The notes beneath the pieces were generated by a model, which was not told the origin of the DNA, searched no databases, and saw only the letters and a list, made by a program, of their open reading frames with translations. The position numbers and the translations under genes are program-made. DNA of 42,277 bases from Octopus bimaculoides. Lineage: Eukaryota. The stretch is taken from contig NC_068982.1 of NCBI RefSeq assembly GCF_001194135.2, positions 33,157,965 to 33,200,241 of the forward strand, in the 5' to 3' direction. Below, piece by piece: positions 22,648 to 34,984 of the stretch; position 1 is the stretch's first letter; each line of letters begins with the position of its first letter.

Positions 22648-22670
22648 TGTATGCATGTATGTATGTGTTT
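22400..22670. repeat. (TATG)n/(TA)n/(CA)n microsatellite field
   Basis: Visible runs. Confidence 0.9.
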
Positions 22671-22886
22671 GTGTGCATTTTTGTAACTGTATTATATTTT
22701 GCTCTTTAAAAACCAACACTGACCCTATTTAGTAAAATAAACAGCATTTTCTTTTTTCTCTTATCTAAGACTATCTCCATTTTTAATAATTAAAATATCT
22801 TACTGGGTGGGCGACAAAAATACTCTAAATATAAGATAAACTATTCATGTATGTGGAATAATTCTGTCTGAAATGCCTGGATATAA

Positions 22887-23100
22887 ATCTTTCTAAATTT
22901 GGCTCAAGGACAGCAGTTTTGAGGGTAGGTGGGTTTCGATTACATCAATTCCAGGACCTAGTTTGTTCTTAATTTATCGACCCTGGAAGAATGAAAGATA
23001 AATTCGACCCCAGCGGAATTTGAAATCAGAACGTAATGCCGGAAGAAATGTCGCTAAGCATTTTGTTCTGTGTGCTAACGATTCGGCCAACTCACTGCAT
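22887..23100 (-). mobile_element. SINE family B
   Basis: gattacatcaattccagg...aatttatcgaccc...gaatttgaaatcagaacgtaa...gctaacgattcggccaactc. Confidence 0.85.
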
Positions 23101-23194
23101 TATGTCTTGGTGTAAATCAGACTTGTTAGTTGAAAATGCAACAGTAAAACCGTTGCCTCGGGAAAATATCTTATATAGCATATGTCCGTTCCAC

Positions 23195-23271
<77 letters not shown>

Positions 23272-23410
23272 AAGACAGATAGATAGACGTTTACATACAT
23301 ATATACATGCATACATACATACATACATACATACATACATACATGACAATTCAAACTTACATGTATACAAACATGCATAAGTACATACAAATATACATAT
23401 ATACATACAT
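23195..23410. repeat. (GATA)n/(GACA)n/(TACA)n microsatellite
   Basis: Visible runs. Confidence 0.95.
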
Positions 23411-23895
23411 GCTGAGGTTGGAAGTGACTAATATTTTATGAGTTTCACAATGAAGCCATTATATAAATCCCCAAACCGCAGACATTACTCCACCAGTTTA
23501 TTATGCAACTTCCAGCAAATTACCACGCAGTCAAAATGTCCGCTCAGTAGCATGAATCGTAGCTTATGAGGAAAAGCGTCAAAAATGTCTCGTGAATAGT
23601 AGACCTTTTGTAAGCCATGTAGTGTAATCATCTTCCTAAGCTTCGTACGTTAAATAATCATAAAGAAATTTTCTCAAAATTTGTCCATTTCAAACGCTAC
23701 CAATTGGAAAATTGGATCTCCCTGTTTGCTGTTTAAGCTAATAAGAGACTCTAACGAATTCGATCCCAGCTTCCATTTATCCTCTGGTCCAGAGGAGATA
23801 ACCCTTCTCAATAAATTTTTTCACTGTTAGCCGTTTGACCATGTTGTTCTAGCGTTTCACCGCCTTCGCGAGGTGAAAAGTTAAATTTGTCTTTA

Positions 23896-23963
23896 TATAG
23901 AATCTGATGCGCCCTCCATAAGGCTGTTGCTTTCGTGGATACGAAACCATCGGTCACTCTATG
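23896..23963 (+). ncRNA. Type I hammerhead-like motif with extended stem II and A9 substituted by C
   Basis: TATAGAAT-CTGATGC-G...C-GAAA-CC-atc-GG-TC-ACTCTATG. Stem I pairs 7/8, stem III is a 3-bp hairpin with a GUC site, and stem II can pair TCCA/TGGA plus AAGGC/GCTTT. Confidence 0.5.
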
Positions 23964-24359
23964 ACCAGACTTTAACTTTGTCTAAACACTTACTGCTGTA
24001 TTCTTTAGAGTGTGCTTCTTATTCTGATATATGTTATATTAACAATATCTATATCTATATCCATATATATATATATATATATATATATGCATATAAATCT
24101 GAGAATGTGTGTTTGTGTGCGTCACTAAAACTCGAGAACTACCTAACAGAAATTTTACACATGCATTGTCATAGATCAAACAAATTTTCAACTTCTTGCC
24201 TAATGTGAGCCCAGTGCAGTCTCTTATCTCTTACACTGTTTCAGTATTACATGTCAAAAGTGAAACAATACAATTTCTATTAATACTTTTATTATTATAT
24301 GGTTTCAATTGCAATTACTTTCATTATGTATCTATATTATGTATCATTTCTGTTACATT

Positions 24360-24589
24360 CAATATGTATTTATATACATGTTTGTATATGTCTGTAAGTA
24401 CAAATATGTATACATACATACATATATATGTATGTATGTATGTATGTATTTATATCTTTGTATATATATATATATGTGTGTATATATATACATGTATATA
24501 TATATATATATGTACATATATGTATATTTATATATATATATGTATATGTATATATATATGTATGTATATGTATTTATGTGTATGTATGC

Positions 24590-24672
<83 letters not shown>

Positions 24673-24681
24673 TATATGTAC

Positions 24682-24717
<36 letters not shown>

Positions 24718-24755
24718 GTGTATATTTTTATGTGTGTATATATATATATATATTA
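24360..24755. repeat. Long compound (TA)n/(TATG)n microsatellite
   Basis: Visible runs. Confidence 0.95.
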
Positions 24756-25289
24756 AGTAAGATATAAGTTAGAGGTTATGCAACCATCTATGGGATAGAT
24801 GTATCCGTAGGTACTCCTAGTGTACTACTTCAATATGTATGGTCCTCGTTATAAAGTATACGGTAGTAGGTAATTTAAAGGTAAAACCGTGGTTTAATAT
24901 ATATAGAGACGTTAAGAATAGAGCAATAATTAATGAGGAGTGGATCAATGGTATTTTAAAGTCATTGTTTAATTAAATTAGGAGTATGTTTACAGCTGTT
25001 CGTGTTTATCAAAATGGGGTAAATTTGCATTTGCCTCGTTAGAATTGATAAACATCTTTAGAACAATTATATGGGAAAAGAAGGCAAAGATAAAATAGAA
25101 GGAAAAAAAAGGAAAAGAGTTCGTTTAACCAATCGCCTTACATGTTAGTGACTTACATATTTCCACGTGTCAGTAGAAGGGTAAAAGAGAAGTGAGCTCG
25201 TTAAAACCATAGTCTTACATTTAGTGACTTTCATAGAGAGAGAGAGAGAGACGATAAGAAATAGAGAGCAATAATTAACGATTGAAAAA

Positions 25290-25400
25290 GTACCAGGCTT
25301 TAAAAAAGAACGTACTGGAGTCGATTAATTCAATTAAAATTGTTCAAGTTGAGACTCCAGCATGGCCGCAGTCTAATGATTGAAACACAATAAAGATAAA
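25290..25400 (+). mobile_element. SINE family A, 3' fragment
   Basis: aagtaccaggcttt...ctccagcatggccgcagtctaatgattgaaac. Confidence 0.8.
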
Positions 25401-25569
25401 AATAGCAGCTAGTATATAAGATAATCTCGAAGCAGACAAAGCTATAAACAATAGTGTGTAAATAACGGGTTAACAATCCTTTTGGATAGAAAAACTCGAA
25501 AGACTCGAACCCACATCTTCGGTAAGCATTTCGTTACTCAATAATAAAATGGATGTCACAAGAGCCTAC

Positions 25570-25619
25570 GATCAAGTTTCTTTGTCACTGTTCCGTTCAC
25601 CCAATTGTACTCTAGTCTC
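25570..25619 (-). CDS. Candidate 50-nt exon
   Basis: Strong acceptor ctttttctttccag and donor C|GTAGGC; open frame RLEYNWVNGTVTKKLD. No homology recognised. Confidence 0.2.
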
Positions 25620-25803
25620 CTGGAAAGAAAAAGATACATTGAATAATGTACTTCGCGATATACTATAACTGAAAACAAATAGGATGGACGATCAGTACTG
25701 TTGCACATTTGATCATAGATCTGCTCAATCAGGACTTATGTATGTCCTTACTTACTACTAGATGTGTCTTCCGGCATTACTGACTGTTAGCATTAGTTTA
25801 TAC

Positions 25804-25918
25804 ATCCCGGAGGGATGTGAATCAAGAACGAACGTAAAGAGACGTAACTCAACACCGCAAAACATTTTATTTTTCTCTTCGACACACAACCGATTGTTGC
25901 CATTCACTACCGTTTCAT
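25804..25918 (-). CDS. Candidate 115-nt exon
   Basis: Acceptor aatatcag and possible donor AT|GTATAA; the single open frame reads ETVVNGNNRLCVEEKNKMFCGVELRLFTFVLDSHPSG. No homology recognised. Confidence 0.15.
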
Positions 25919-27403
25919 CTGATATTATTATAAATGAAATGTCCCTAGTTTATAATATTTACGTCGCTACATTGACAGTTGTATACCAAGTTAATTGTCT
26001 GTTTAAATGTAAACGCTATGTGTGTTCTAGCTAAACATGTGTGTTCCGGTTGTTCCAGTTTTGATATAGGTGTGTGCTCCTATTTAACTGGTTCTATATT
26101 CCTACCGCACAAGATTTGTATTAAATTATGTAAAGTTTGGTCTCTCTTTCTCACACACACACACACTCCGTTGAAAAAATGTTTCGTTTTGATTTTCGAT
26201 TTCTTGTTATTTATTCTATTTATCATATTCTCTTTTGGGCGGAGATATAATAGGTTTCTAATTTCCATAACCAATTGAGCAGAAAACTAAAAGATCTGTT
26301 TTTCAAATTTATCTCGAAAATTTATGACAAAATTCAACATGTTTTGTAGATAAAGTAACCGTGTGTAGTTTTACAAAGTCGTAACTTATCATTTGGTGGG
26401 TTTCGCCGTGCGTATTATTTGTACAAGCAAATCTACCCACCTACGAAGGAGGCATAAAATGAGGCAGGGAAGTCATAGCAGTATGTATTGAGAAATGTAT
26501 AAATGGACTTGGTAGATTACTGAGTGATGTCTTAGAGAAATCAGATTATTGTTGGTGATACAACATTCTATTGCAGCTATATGATTGTTCTTGCGACTAA
26601 GTGACGACATGTGATGAAAATTCACTCCCGAACTGAAATAGGCTCCCAGCCTCTGCTTCATGAAAGGTTATGTGGACCACTCCTAACGAAAGTCAGAGCT
26701 TCCTTCTGGCTTTCGTTATTTAGATATAGTTTTTTTTAGTTTACTTGTTTACACTATTTTACGCTTGTTTATACTCTTACACATTCAAAGTTCAAAACAT
26801 TTCCTTATTTAGATTAATAATCATATTCCTTTCGATAATATCAATATCATTACAAAACTTCTTTGTAGACGATATTTTCTGTTTGGTCGACACTAATTTT
26901 CAAATTACTGAAGTCTATTGCTCTACTCATAGCAACGTATAACTGGCCGTGTGTAAACATCGGAGTGGGCAAAAAATACACCTACACAATCTAAAGTCTG
27001 GCCTTGTGCCTTGTTTGCTGTGAATGCGCGAGCGGAATCTTTAGGGTTGCAAAAAATCAAATTAAGACTTACCTCTCACTGTTCTATGCGAATAATGACT
27101 GGATGTTCTGACACCATGGGTTATTTTGATTGACAAAACTGATGTGTAAACAACAGCCGCTATGATTAGCCACTTCGAATCCTAAATAATTACATACACT
27201 ATATACTGGCACATACGTTTTCCATTTTATTTTCGCTATTAACCGTCCTCGCGATCTCCTTCGTATCTACGATGAGGCCTTGAACTATTCGATGAAAATC
27301 CAGAGTTACTCGTGGTCGGTGAATTTTTAATAAAAATGCCAAGGTGGTTTATCAATTAAAAAATCGATATCCACGAGCTAATCATACTTTCTTATTTCTT
27401 AAT

Positions 27404-27829
27404 GCTAAAAACCTTCCTGACGACCGTCTTTGTAATCCCGAAAATTATCGTAACCATTGGTCCAGCCGTCTGGCCGTAAAGAGGGAACAGACAAAGAGAC
27501 GGACAGACATATGGACATAACACCCATTATAGTTAGAAGATAGCAAATTTGCTCATCTGCGATGGGAAATAAAGGGATAGTATCGCAAATCTAAACCCTC
27601 TAAATTCACGAACTATATGGGGGTGGGAATTCAGAGTTAATTCTCGTCACCGGAATTTTAGCAAAAAAAAACAAAGGGCGATTTATTAATACAAAACTCA
27701 ATATCCTCTAAATAATCATATTTTTTCACATTTTTTTTTTTTTTTCGCTAAAAACCTTCTTGATTATTTCCTTTGTAATCCCGAAAAACGTTGTGACCAT
27801 TGGTCCAGCTGTTTGACCGTGAAGAAGGA

Positions 27830-27879
<50 letters not shown>

Positions 27880-27904
27880 GGACATAACACCCATAATAGA
27901 AAGA
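27404..27904 (+). repeat. Two diverged ~140-160 bp direct repeats carrying a (GACA)n tract
   Basis: 27404-27540 and 27747-27904 share gctaaaaaccttc...tttgtaatcccgaaaa...accattggtccagc...gaacagaca...ggacataacaccca. Confidence 0.8.
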
Positions 27905-28219
27905 TATTTGTACTCAGAGAAAAACTTTATTATCACAATTCCAACCGCAGAAATTATTAGTTTTTATTCCAGCTCTAAAGTAGGGGAGACGAATTGATTT
28001 TATTTTGACTTGTAGGTGAAAACTAATATCTTAGTTCACTTTGCTATTTAATAATGCAATAAAATTGAGAAAGATATAAATCTTCATTAATGAATTATTG
28101 TAAGTAAACATAAATATGAAACTTATCAAACTCATTGATATCACTTTTTAAATTCAAAGTTTTCCCTACTACCAACAAAATTTCTTATCGCATAGAAAGA
28201 ATATAAAATTTCTTATAAT

Positions 28220-28275
28220 GCATACACACACACACACACACACATTCATCCATACATGCATGTGCGTGTGTGTAC

Positions 28276-28355
<80 letters not shown>
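28220..28355. repeat. (CA)n then (GT)n microsatellite
   Basis: Visible runs. Confidence 0.95.
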
Positions 28356-28358
<3 letters not shown>

Positions 28359-28594
28359 GAATAAAATATTCCAAAACGTTACTTTCAGTTTCGAAATATA
28401 AGAAAATAATAGGTGAAGAATAGAGCGTTAAGGTCGACATAATCGACTTATCCAGTTCCCTTGAAATTGCTGGCATTATGCCAAAATTTGAAATTAGTAT
28501 ATTAGTATTTATTATCCAGAACACTCCATACCTCTGGGGTATTTTCCTTTAGCCATATTGTTATAATCAACAGGTCAACATTCACCTGTCTTTT

Positions 28595-28915
28595 TAACTT
28601 TTACTCGTTACAGTCAATGGAGATGCGGTTATGCCGGAGCACCAGCTTGAGCTGTTCAGTTGAATAAATAGATCCCAGTACATATTTTTTAAGTCTAGCA
28701 CTTATTCTATTTGTCTCTTTTGCCGAAACACTAAGTTACAGAGACGTAAAGAAACCAAGCCGATTGTCAAGCAATGGGGAAAAACATCGACACAGACACT
28801 TACGACGGGCTTCCACACAGCTCCCTACCAAATTCATTCGATATATTGATCAGACATGGGTCATAGTAGAAGACATTTGCCCACGAGGTTGTGAAACGAA
28901 CATCTCAGCCACACG
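28595..28915 (-). mobile_element. SINE family A, old and diverged
   Basis: gcggttatgccggagcacc...tctcttttgccgaaacactaagttac...acgacgggcttc...atagtagaagacatttgccca. Confidence 0.8.
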
Positions 28916-30175
28916 AGTGAAAGATTATTATTTACAAGATACGTTCATCAATGAGTTATCTTTACCCGATTTATCTTACAGTCTCTTTGGCTCAAATGAA
29001 TGAATAAATAAATAATGTACACCTCTTTTGTTTTGTCTTCTACACAAACATAATTGTGTACATGCATCATGCATGTTTTATCTCGCAATGATCTTTACAA
29101 TATAACCTAAATAAGCACTATATTTCAGGACTCTGACAAGGCTCTAATAACACTAACAATTTCTTTTGTGTCTTTGGTCAGGAAGTGTTATTTCCTATTT
29201 GCTTCTATCTAGAAATCAAAGGAAATTACTACTATTCCTTTCAAACGTTGCTTTTGTGACCTGGCCGCCAATGTTTTGAAACTGACTTATTTTCATTTTT
29301 ACATTGCAGACAGATTCAGTGCTGAGTCGCTGAAGCAGAAATATCGTTAGAGCAAATATTCTGCTCAATACCACAAATTTGCTCGTCACTTACTTGAGCA
29401 TGTCCCTTTGTGGCTGACAACATGTGCATCTCTGATCATGAATAGGAGTAGTGTGGGAGCATAATAGCCATGTGTTGAGAGGGCTTCTTTGGGATTGAAA
29501 TAAATATAACAAAATCAAAGTTTGAAGGAATAATATCCATTTTTCATACTTTCTAGGGATAAGCAAAGGGAATGACAGTTGCTACTCAAGGACAAAAATT
29601 ATGTTACACAGTGTTGATAAAATGGAATAGCGTTAGGAGTTTGATGGAACCTTAATGAGTGTTTCTCATGCCAGACTTGCTACATGCTCTCTTCGTGTCT
29701 AGGGTAGCAACATTGATTTCACGAAAGTTCTTAAGAGCGAGACACTACATGTGCACGATGTAGAAAAGCAAATCATCTCTTGATCTGACTCTACGGAAAC
29801 CGTTATGTTGGTCACTAAGAAGAAAGAGACTCAAGGGGACGAAGATGGTTTATTGAAGCTTGCATCATTCCCTTCGAGATGTTAGAAACGGAAGACAAAA
29901 CGGTAGTAGTTGGCTGGATAAGACATGTTGAAAATAGTAGTCACTTTTACGTGTTTCCGTAGTTAGTGATATAGATTTGCGGAGAAATAAAGTTTGAAGA
30001 GAATATGAATTTGCAAGCGTTGGGACACACTGTTCGAGTAGAAAATAGGTTCTAGGTTCGAATCGCTTTCTGCGGTGATTGAGTGATCTTTATTGTACAT
30101 TACTTGTAACACATCGTGTCTGTACGTGATGATGAGACAAATGGAATGAAGAGGAGTGTGACAGGTCTTTTGTCA

Positions 30176-30289
<114 letters not shown>

Positions 30290-30927
30290 GTTGATTTGGA
30301 AGGTAATTTAAGCTGCAAATGGGGTGACTTTAACAACAGGAGTACTTCCTATAGTCATTTTGCTTGAGGAGTGTCGCGTAGGCGGATTTCTGAAAAGATA
30401 ATAGAAATCTTTTTGGAGAAAGACCAGAAGAGCCAGCTGTAATTTAGTTGGTAGATTTATCAACAGAATTGTTATTTACAGACCATTTTACTTTGAGAAT
30501 TGGCAAGTAGTATTACTCTGTAAAGTAAATTAGAGACCCTATTGGCAAGGAATCAGAAATCCCAGCTGCAATTTGAGAGACGGAAATGTTTCATGCGATG
30601 GAATGCATGAAAGGATCTTTGACTTTCCTGGCGGTAATCTTTCAAACATAGTTTGGTGGGGTATAGGCCTCACTGTTGGAAATTTTAGATGACTCACTCC
30701 AGGAATTGTAAACAGAATGTTTCGCTTGTACATCTGCAACTCAACAGCAGGTGAAGAACTTAGAAGTTTGGGGTAGTAGATTGAGGAGTATTGATATAAT
30801 TAAAGGGGTGTTATCAATCAGCTGTTTGGCGGTATCAGGTGAGTCAGAGGGATGTAGAGTTGCTGCCAAATGTAGTCAGCATAGAAATGATGTAACTCCG
30901 GTGAATTAGGAGCTTTAAAGTCTAAAT

Positions 30928-31257
30928 CAATGGTTCTCAACCGGGGTTCGTATGACCCCAGAAGGTCCATATAAGATTTCGTGGGGTTCAGGGAAACAAA
31001 ATAGTAAATCGGGGACGTACAGTAAATTATTAAGGGTCCAAGAAGAAGCTTTGTTTAAGACGTATGTATTGCAAGAAACAGCGAGGTTTCTTTCTCTAAC
31101 ATTTTACATAGTTCAACCTACACAAGTCATTGAGTGGAAAACGAAATAGGAATTTTGAAAGAAGTATCTATAAAATTAGCTTTTGAATATCAAATGGCTA
31201 TGGGGGTCCATCAGAATAAAAAGGGGTCCATAGATAAAAAATGGTTGGGAACCCATG
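30928..31257. mobile_element. hAT (Charlie/Buster-like) MITE
   Basis: TIRs caatggttctcaacc / ggttgggaacccatg; 8-bp TSD gtctaaat / gtctagat (7/8, fits the NTCTAGAN target); subterminal ggggtcc repeats. Confidence 0.85.
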
Positions 31258-31599
31258 GTCTAGATGATGGATCTTCGGTACTAAGATGTTAGAATGGATC
31301 TTCCGTAAATATTTCAACGATTTTTAACATACATAGATACAATATAATATATCTGTATATGTGTATGTACACATGTATGTGTGTACGCATGTATGTGCGT
31401 ACGCATCTGTGTATGTGTGTGTGTGCGCGCGTTCGTGTGTGTCTGTAGATAGATATATAAAGGATGCATGAAGGGTAAATGAATGAATGAATGTATATAT
31501 ATATGAAATCTTACACTGTAAACTACATTTGCTGAAACAAGAACCTACAACTACAGCGGAAAAGCTAAAAACAAATGTAAGTATTATATACACATAATG

Positions 31600-31850
31600 A
31601 TAAATAGATACTTTGCCAAAGGAGCCAAAATTAGTTTATCGCAGCCTAAACGTAAACAACAGAAAATATATGCAAAATACATCTTTCAACTTTTCTTTGT
31701 AGACGACCTAAAGCTGTATGGGCCAAGTATTAACCACATCAAAAAGCAATTGCTTCTCGTTACTCAATATTTCACAGACATCGGAATGAAATTAAGAGTG
31801 TACGAATGTGCATTTAAGGTTGTAAAAACTCGTAAACTGCCAAACATAAA
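31600..31850 (+). pseudogene. Non-LTR retrotransposon RT fragment, R4/Dong-like
   Basis: LFFVDDLKLYGPSINHIKKQLLLVTQYFTDIGMKL..ECA resembles the (F/Y)xDDLKLY...F..DIGM.FG..KCA segment of R4-clade RTs. Confidence 0.6.
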
Positions 31851-32773
31851 TGCAGATTCACAATACCCACATATCCACCAGTTTGCACCCTTGACCGATA
31901 TATACATATATACTTTGCAAAGACTCGTTCTTTTTTCTTATCTCAAAACCTGAACTTTCAGTCTTTGCACCCACTGGATCACCCTACCACTACATAATCA
32001 GAGTTGCCCAGTAAATATATTGCGCAACAGCTTCCAAGTCCGAAATTTGTGTCATTTCAAAAGAACTAAAATGTTGGCGCTTTATCTCTCCCTCCCGTCA
32101 GAGACAACTTAGCAGGTAACCGACGATCTCGTTTTTAGATATGTCTTTTCGCATTGCTTCCGCAACGAATAAACTTTACGGGTGAAGAAAAACTACCTAC
32201 AACCGTTAACAAAAATTAGTTTAGCTTTAGCAATTGTTGGCTTTTTCCCACCACAGCAACTTTTGAAGAACTACTATTCGATATATGTATGTTTGTCTAT
32301 ATATATATATATATNNNNNNNNNNNNNNNNNNNNNNNNNNNNNNNNNNNNNNNNNNNNNNNNNNNNNNNNNNNNNNNNNNNNNNNNNNNNNNNNNNNNNN
32401 NNNNNNNNNNNNNNNNNNNNNNNNNNNNNNNNNNNNNNNNNNNNNNNNNNNNNNNNNNNNNNNNNNNNNNNNNNNNNNNNNNNNNNNNNNNNNNNNNNNN
32501 NNNNNNNNNNNNNNNNNNNNNNNNNNNNNNNNNNNNNNNNNNNNNNNNNNNNNNNNNNNNNNNNNNNNNNNNNNNNNNNNNNNNNNNNNNNNNNNNNNNN
32601 NNNNNNNNNNNNNNNNNNNNNNNNNNNNNNNNNNNNNNNNNNNNNNNNNNNNNNNNNNNNNNNNNNNNNNNNNNNNNNNNNNNNNNNNNNNNNNNNNNNN
32701 NNNNNNNNNNNNNNNNNNNNNNNNNNNNNNNNNNNNNNNNNNNNNNNNNNNNNNNNNNNNNNNNNNNNNNNNN

Positions 32774-32810
<37 letters not shown>

Positions 32811-32914
32811 CACACACATACATACATACATACATACATACATGCATGCATGCATACATACATACATACATACATACATACATACATACATACATACATA
32901 CATACATACATAGG

Positions 32915-33000
32915 AGCAGATGTAAAATGTTTTCTTCTCAACCACATAGTTCTGGGTTCCGTCCACTGCGAGAAATCTTGGGCAAATATCTTCTACTGTA
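32915..33000 (+). mobile_element. SINE family A, head fragment
   Basis: ttctcaaccacatagttctgggttccgtccactgcg...cttgggcaaatatcttctactgtag. Confidence 0.75.
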
Positions 33001-33503
33001 GATATTTGTGTAGTTACAGAACAAATTGACATTGAGTACAAGGTACAGAAAACCAAGACGAGAAGACATGGTATTTCAGGTTCGACAGCTGTTTCGGTGG
33101 GGGGGTCTTATAATAGTTGTAATATAGGCAGATAGAGAGTGCAAAAAGTCAAGAGTATGCAACTGGCAGTTAAGCATTACCTTAAATCCGGCCTCTGTTT
33201 TCAGGGTGGAAAGATTGGCATCTTTTAAAAATTTTCAGTTTTCGTTTCACTCTATAAATATCCCTATATATATTTACCTGTATGTACGCATATTTTATAT
33301 ATTAAGTCCAATTTGTTTACTTGCAACAAATAAAAAGAAACAGAAGCTCAAATGAATTCCTCATATAGTCGCTCTCTATCCTGAAGACTTAATCCTCGAT
33401 AAAGATTTCCGCGTGTAACTTCAAATCCATTGAGCAGTACTACGTTTTCCATATTGAGCATCATCTGATCTCACCTGTTACCTCACTCTCTCTCTCTCTC
33501 TCA

Positions 33504-33540
<37 letters not shown>

Positions 33541-34335
33541 CTTACCTACCAATCTATCTATGTTCTCTCACGTCCTGTATATATATCATGAGAGCATGTT
33601 TATAAAAAAAACATACAAGCATCAAATGACATATTTTTAGAAATTAAGAAAATTTCCAACGCAGGAGAATAGCTGTGAAAACAGCTTTTTGAAAATTGGG
33701 TAAAATGTCTCTATAGATGGGAAAAAAGTTACCAGCAGCTTCTAAATATATGCATTATATATATATGCATTATATATACATATTATGCAAATATATATAT
33801 TTATATATATATATATATATATATATNNNNNNNNNNNNNNNNNNNNNNNNNNNNNNNNNNNNNNNNNNNNNNNNNNNNNNNNNNNNNNNNNNNNNNNNNN
33901 NNNNNNNNNNNNNNNNNNNNNNNNNNNNNNNNNNNNNNNNNNNNNNNNNNNNNNNNNNNNNNNNNNNNNNNNNNNNNNNNNNNNNNNNNNNNNNNNNNNN
34001 NNNNNNNNNNNNNNNNNNNNNNNNNNNNNNNNNNNNNNNNNNNNNNNNNNNNNNNNNNNNNNNNNNNNNNNNNNNNNNNNNNNNNNNNNNNNNNNNNNNN
34101 NNNNNNNNNNNNNNNNNNNNNNNNNNNNNNNNNNNNNNNNNNNNNNNNNNNNNNNNNNTCTTCTTCTAGCATAATGGATGTCCACTTAGTGGTCATCCCT
34201 CTTATATGTATGTAATATAATCTTTCTGAATCTTCAGATTTTTCAATACGCTAGGCCACTGGTTTTAAGTTGATATTAATCAAATTAATATTCAATTGTT
34301 TACCCTTATTGTTTAAATTTATATATATATATATA

Positions 34336-34984
34336 CAAAATAAAGGAAACACCTTAAAATTTTAAACAAATTTATTTTAATATGGGGTAGGACCATTTTG
34401 GCAGTAATTACAGCTTGAATGCTACGAGGTATGGACTCGTACAAACTTTGAATTTTTTCCAAAGGAATTTTTGTCCATTCTTCAGCTAAAACAGTCTCCA
34501 GTTCTTGTAGTGATCATGGTGGAGGACATCGACTCCTTACTTGTTTTTATAAAACACACCATAAATGTTCAACAATATTGAGATCTGGGGATTGTGGTGG
34601 CCAGATAAGATCTTCAACTTCACTAGAATATTTCTCGTGCCATTCAGTAACAACTTTAGCTGCGTGAATTGGTGCATTATCATCCTGAAATATTGCGTTT
34701 CCGTCCGGAAACAGTTCCGCAAACATAGGATGAATTTGGTCAGATAAAATGCTTAGTCTTGACTATTAATTCTGCCATGAAGGGAAACCATTGGACCGGC
34801 AGATTTCCAAGATATAGCCCCCCACCCCCACCAGATCATCACAGATCTTCCTCTGTGTTTAACAGTTGGAAGAAAGTAGTTTGGGTGAAATGCTTCTTTT
34901 GGCTGTCTCCACGCGTATATTCGGCCGGTAGTCGGAAATAAGGTAAAGGATGACTCGTCCGAGAAAATAACATTCTTCCACTGC
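34336..34984 (-). mobile_element. Tc1-like DNA transposon relic (3' half with right TIR), DD36E spacing
   Basis: WKNVIFSDESSF...TVKH...VMIW...GAISW...FQDDNAPIH...WPPQSPDLNIVEHLW...GPTPY*, with frameshifts and stops. The terminus TA|caaaataaaggaaacacc sits in an (AT)n tract; the 5' half is lost in the gap. Confidence 0.92.

Noticed and set aside
23994-24023. 30-nt minus-strand micro-exon candidate (NKKHTLKNTA) with GTAAGT donor
   Set aside because: Weak polypyrimidine tract; such short AG-GT pairs arise readily by chance.
27417-27460. CTGACGA...GAAA hammerhead-like spacing
   Set aside because: No stem II pairing, and the paralogous repeat at 27747 lacks the core.
30013-30080. ggttcgaatc B-box-like motif
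   Set aside because: No A box or cloverleaf; at most a very old SINE remnant.
30380-30920. Possible CR1/L2-like LINE remnant on the minus strand (YTPPN, FLANRVSNL)
   Set aside because: The motifs are short, lie in inconsistent frames and suggest different domains, so it cannot be called without a profile search.
33075-33115. GAAA-CAGCTG-TC palindromic stem III-like motif on the minus strand
   Set aside because: The CUGANGA box and stems I and II are absent.
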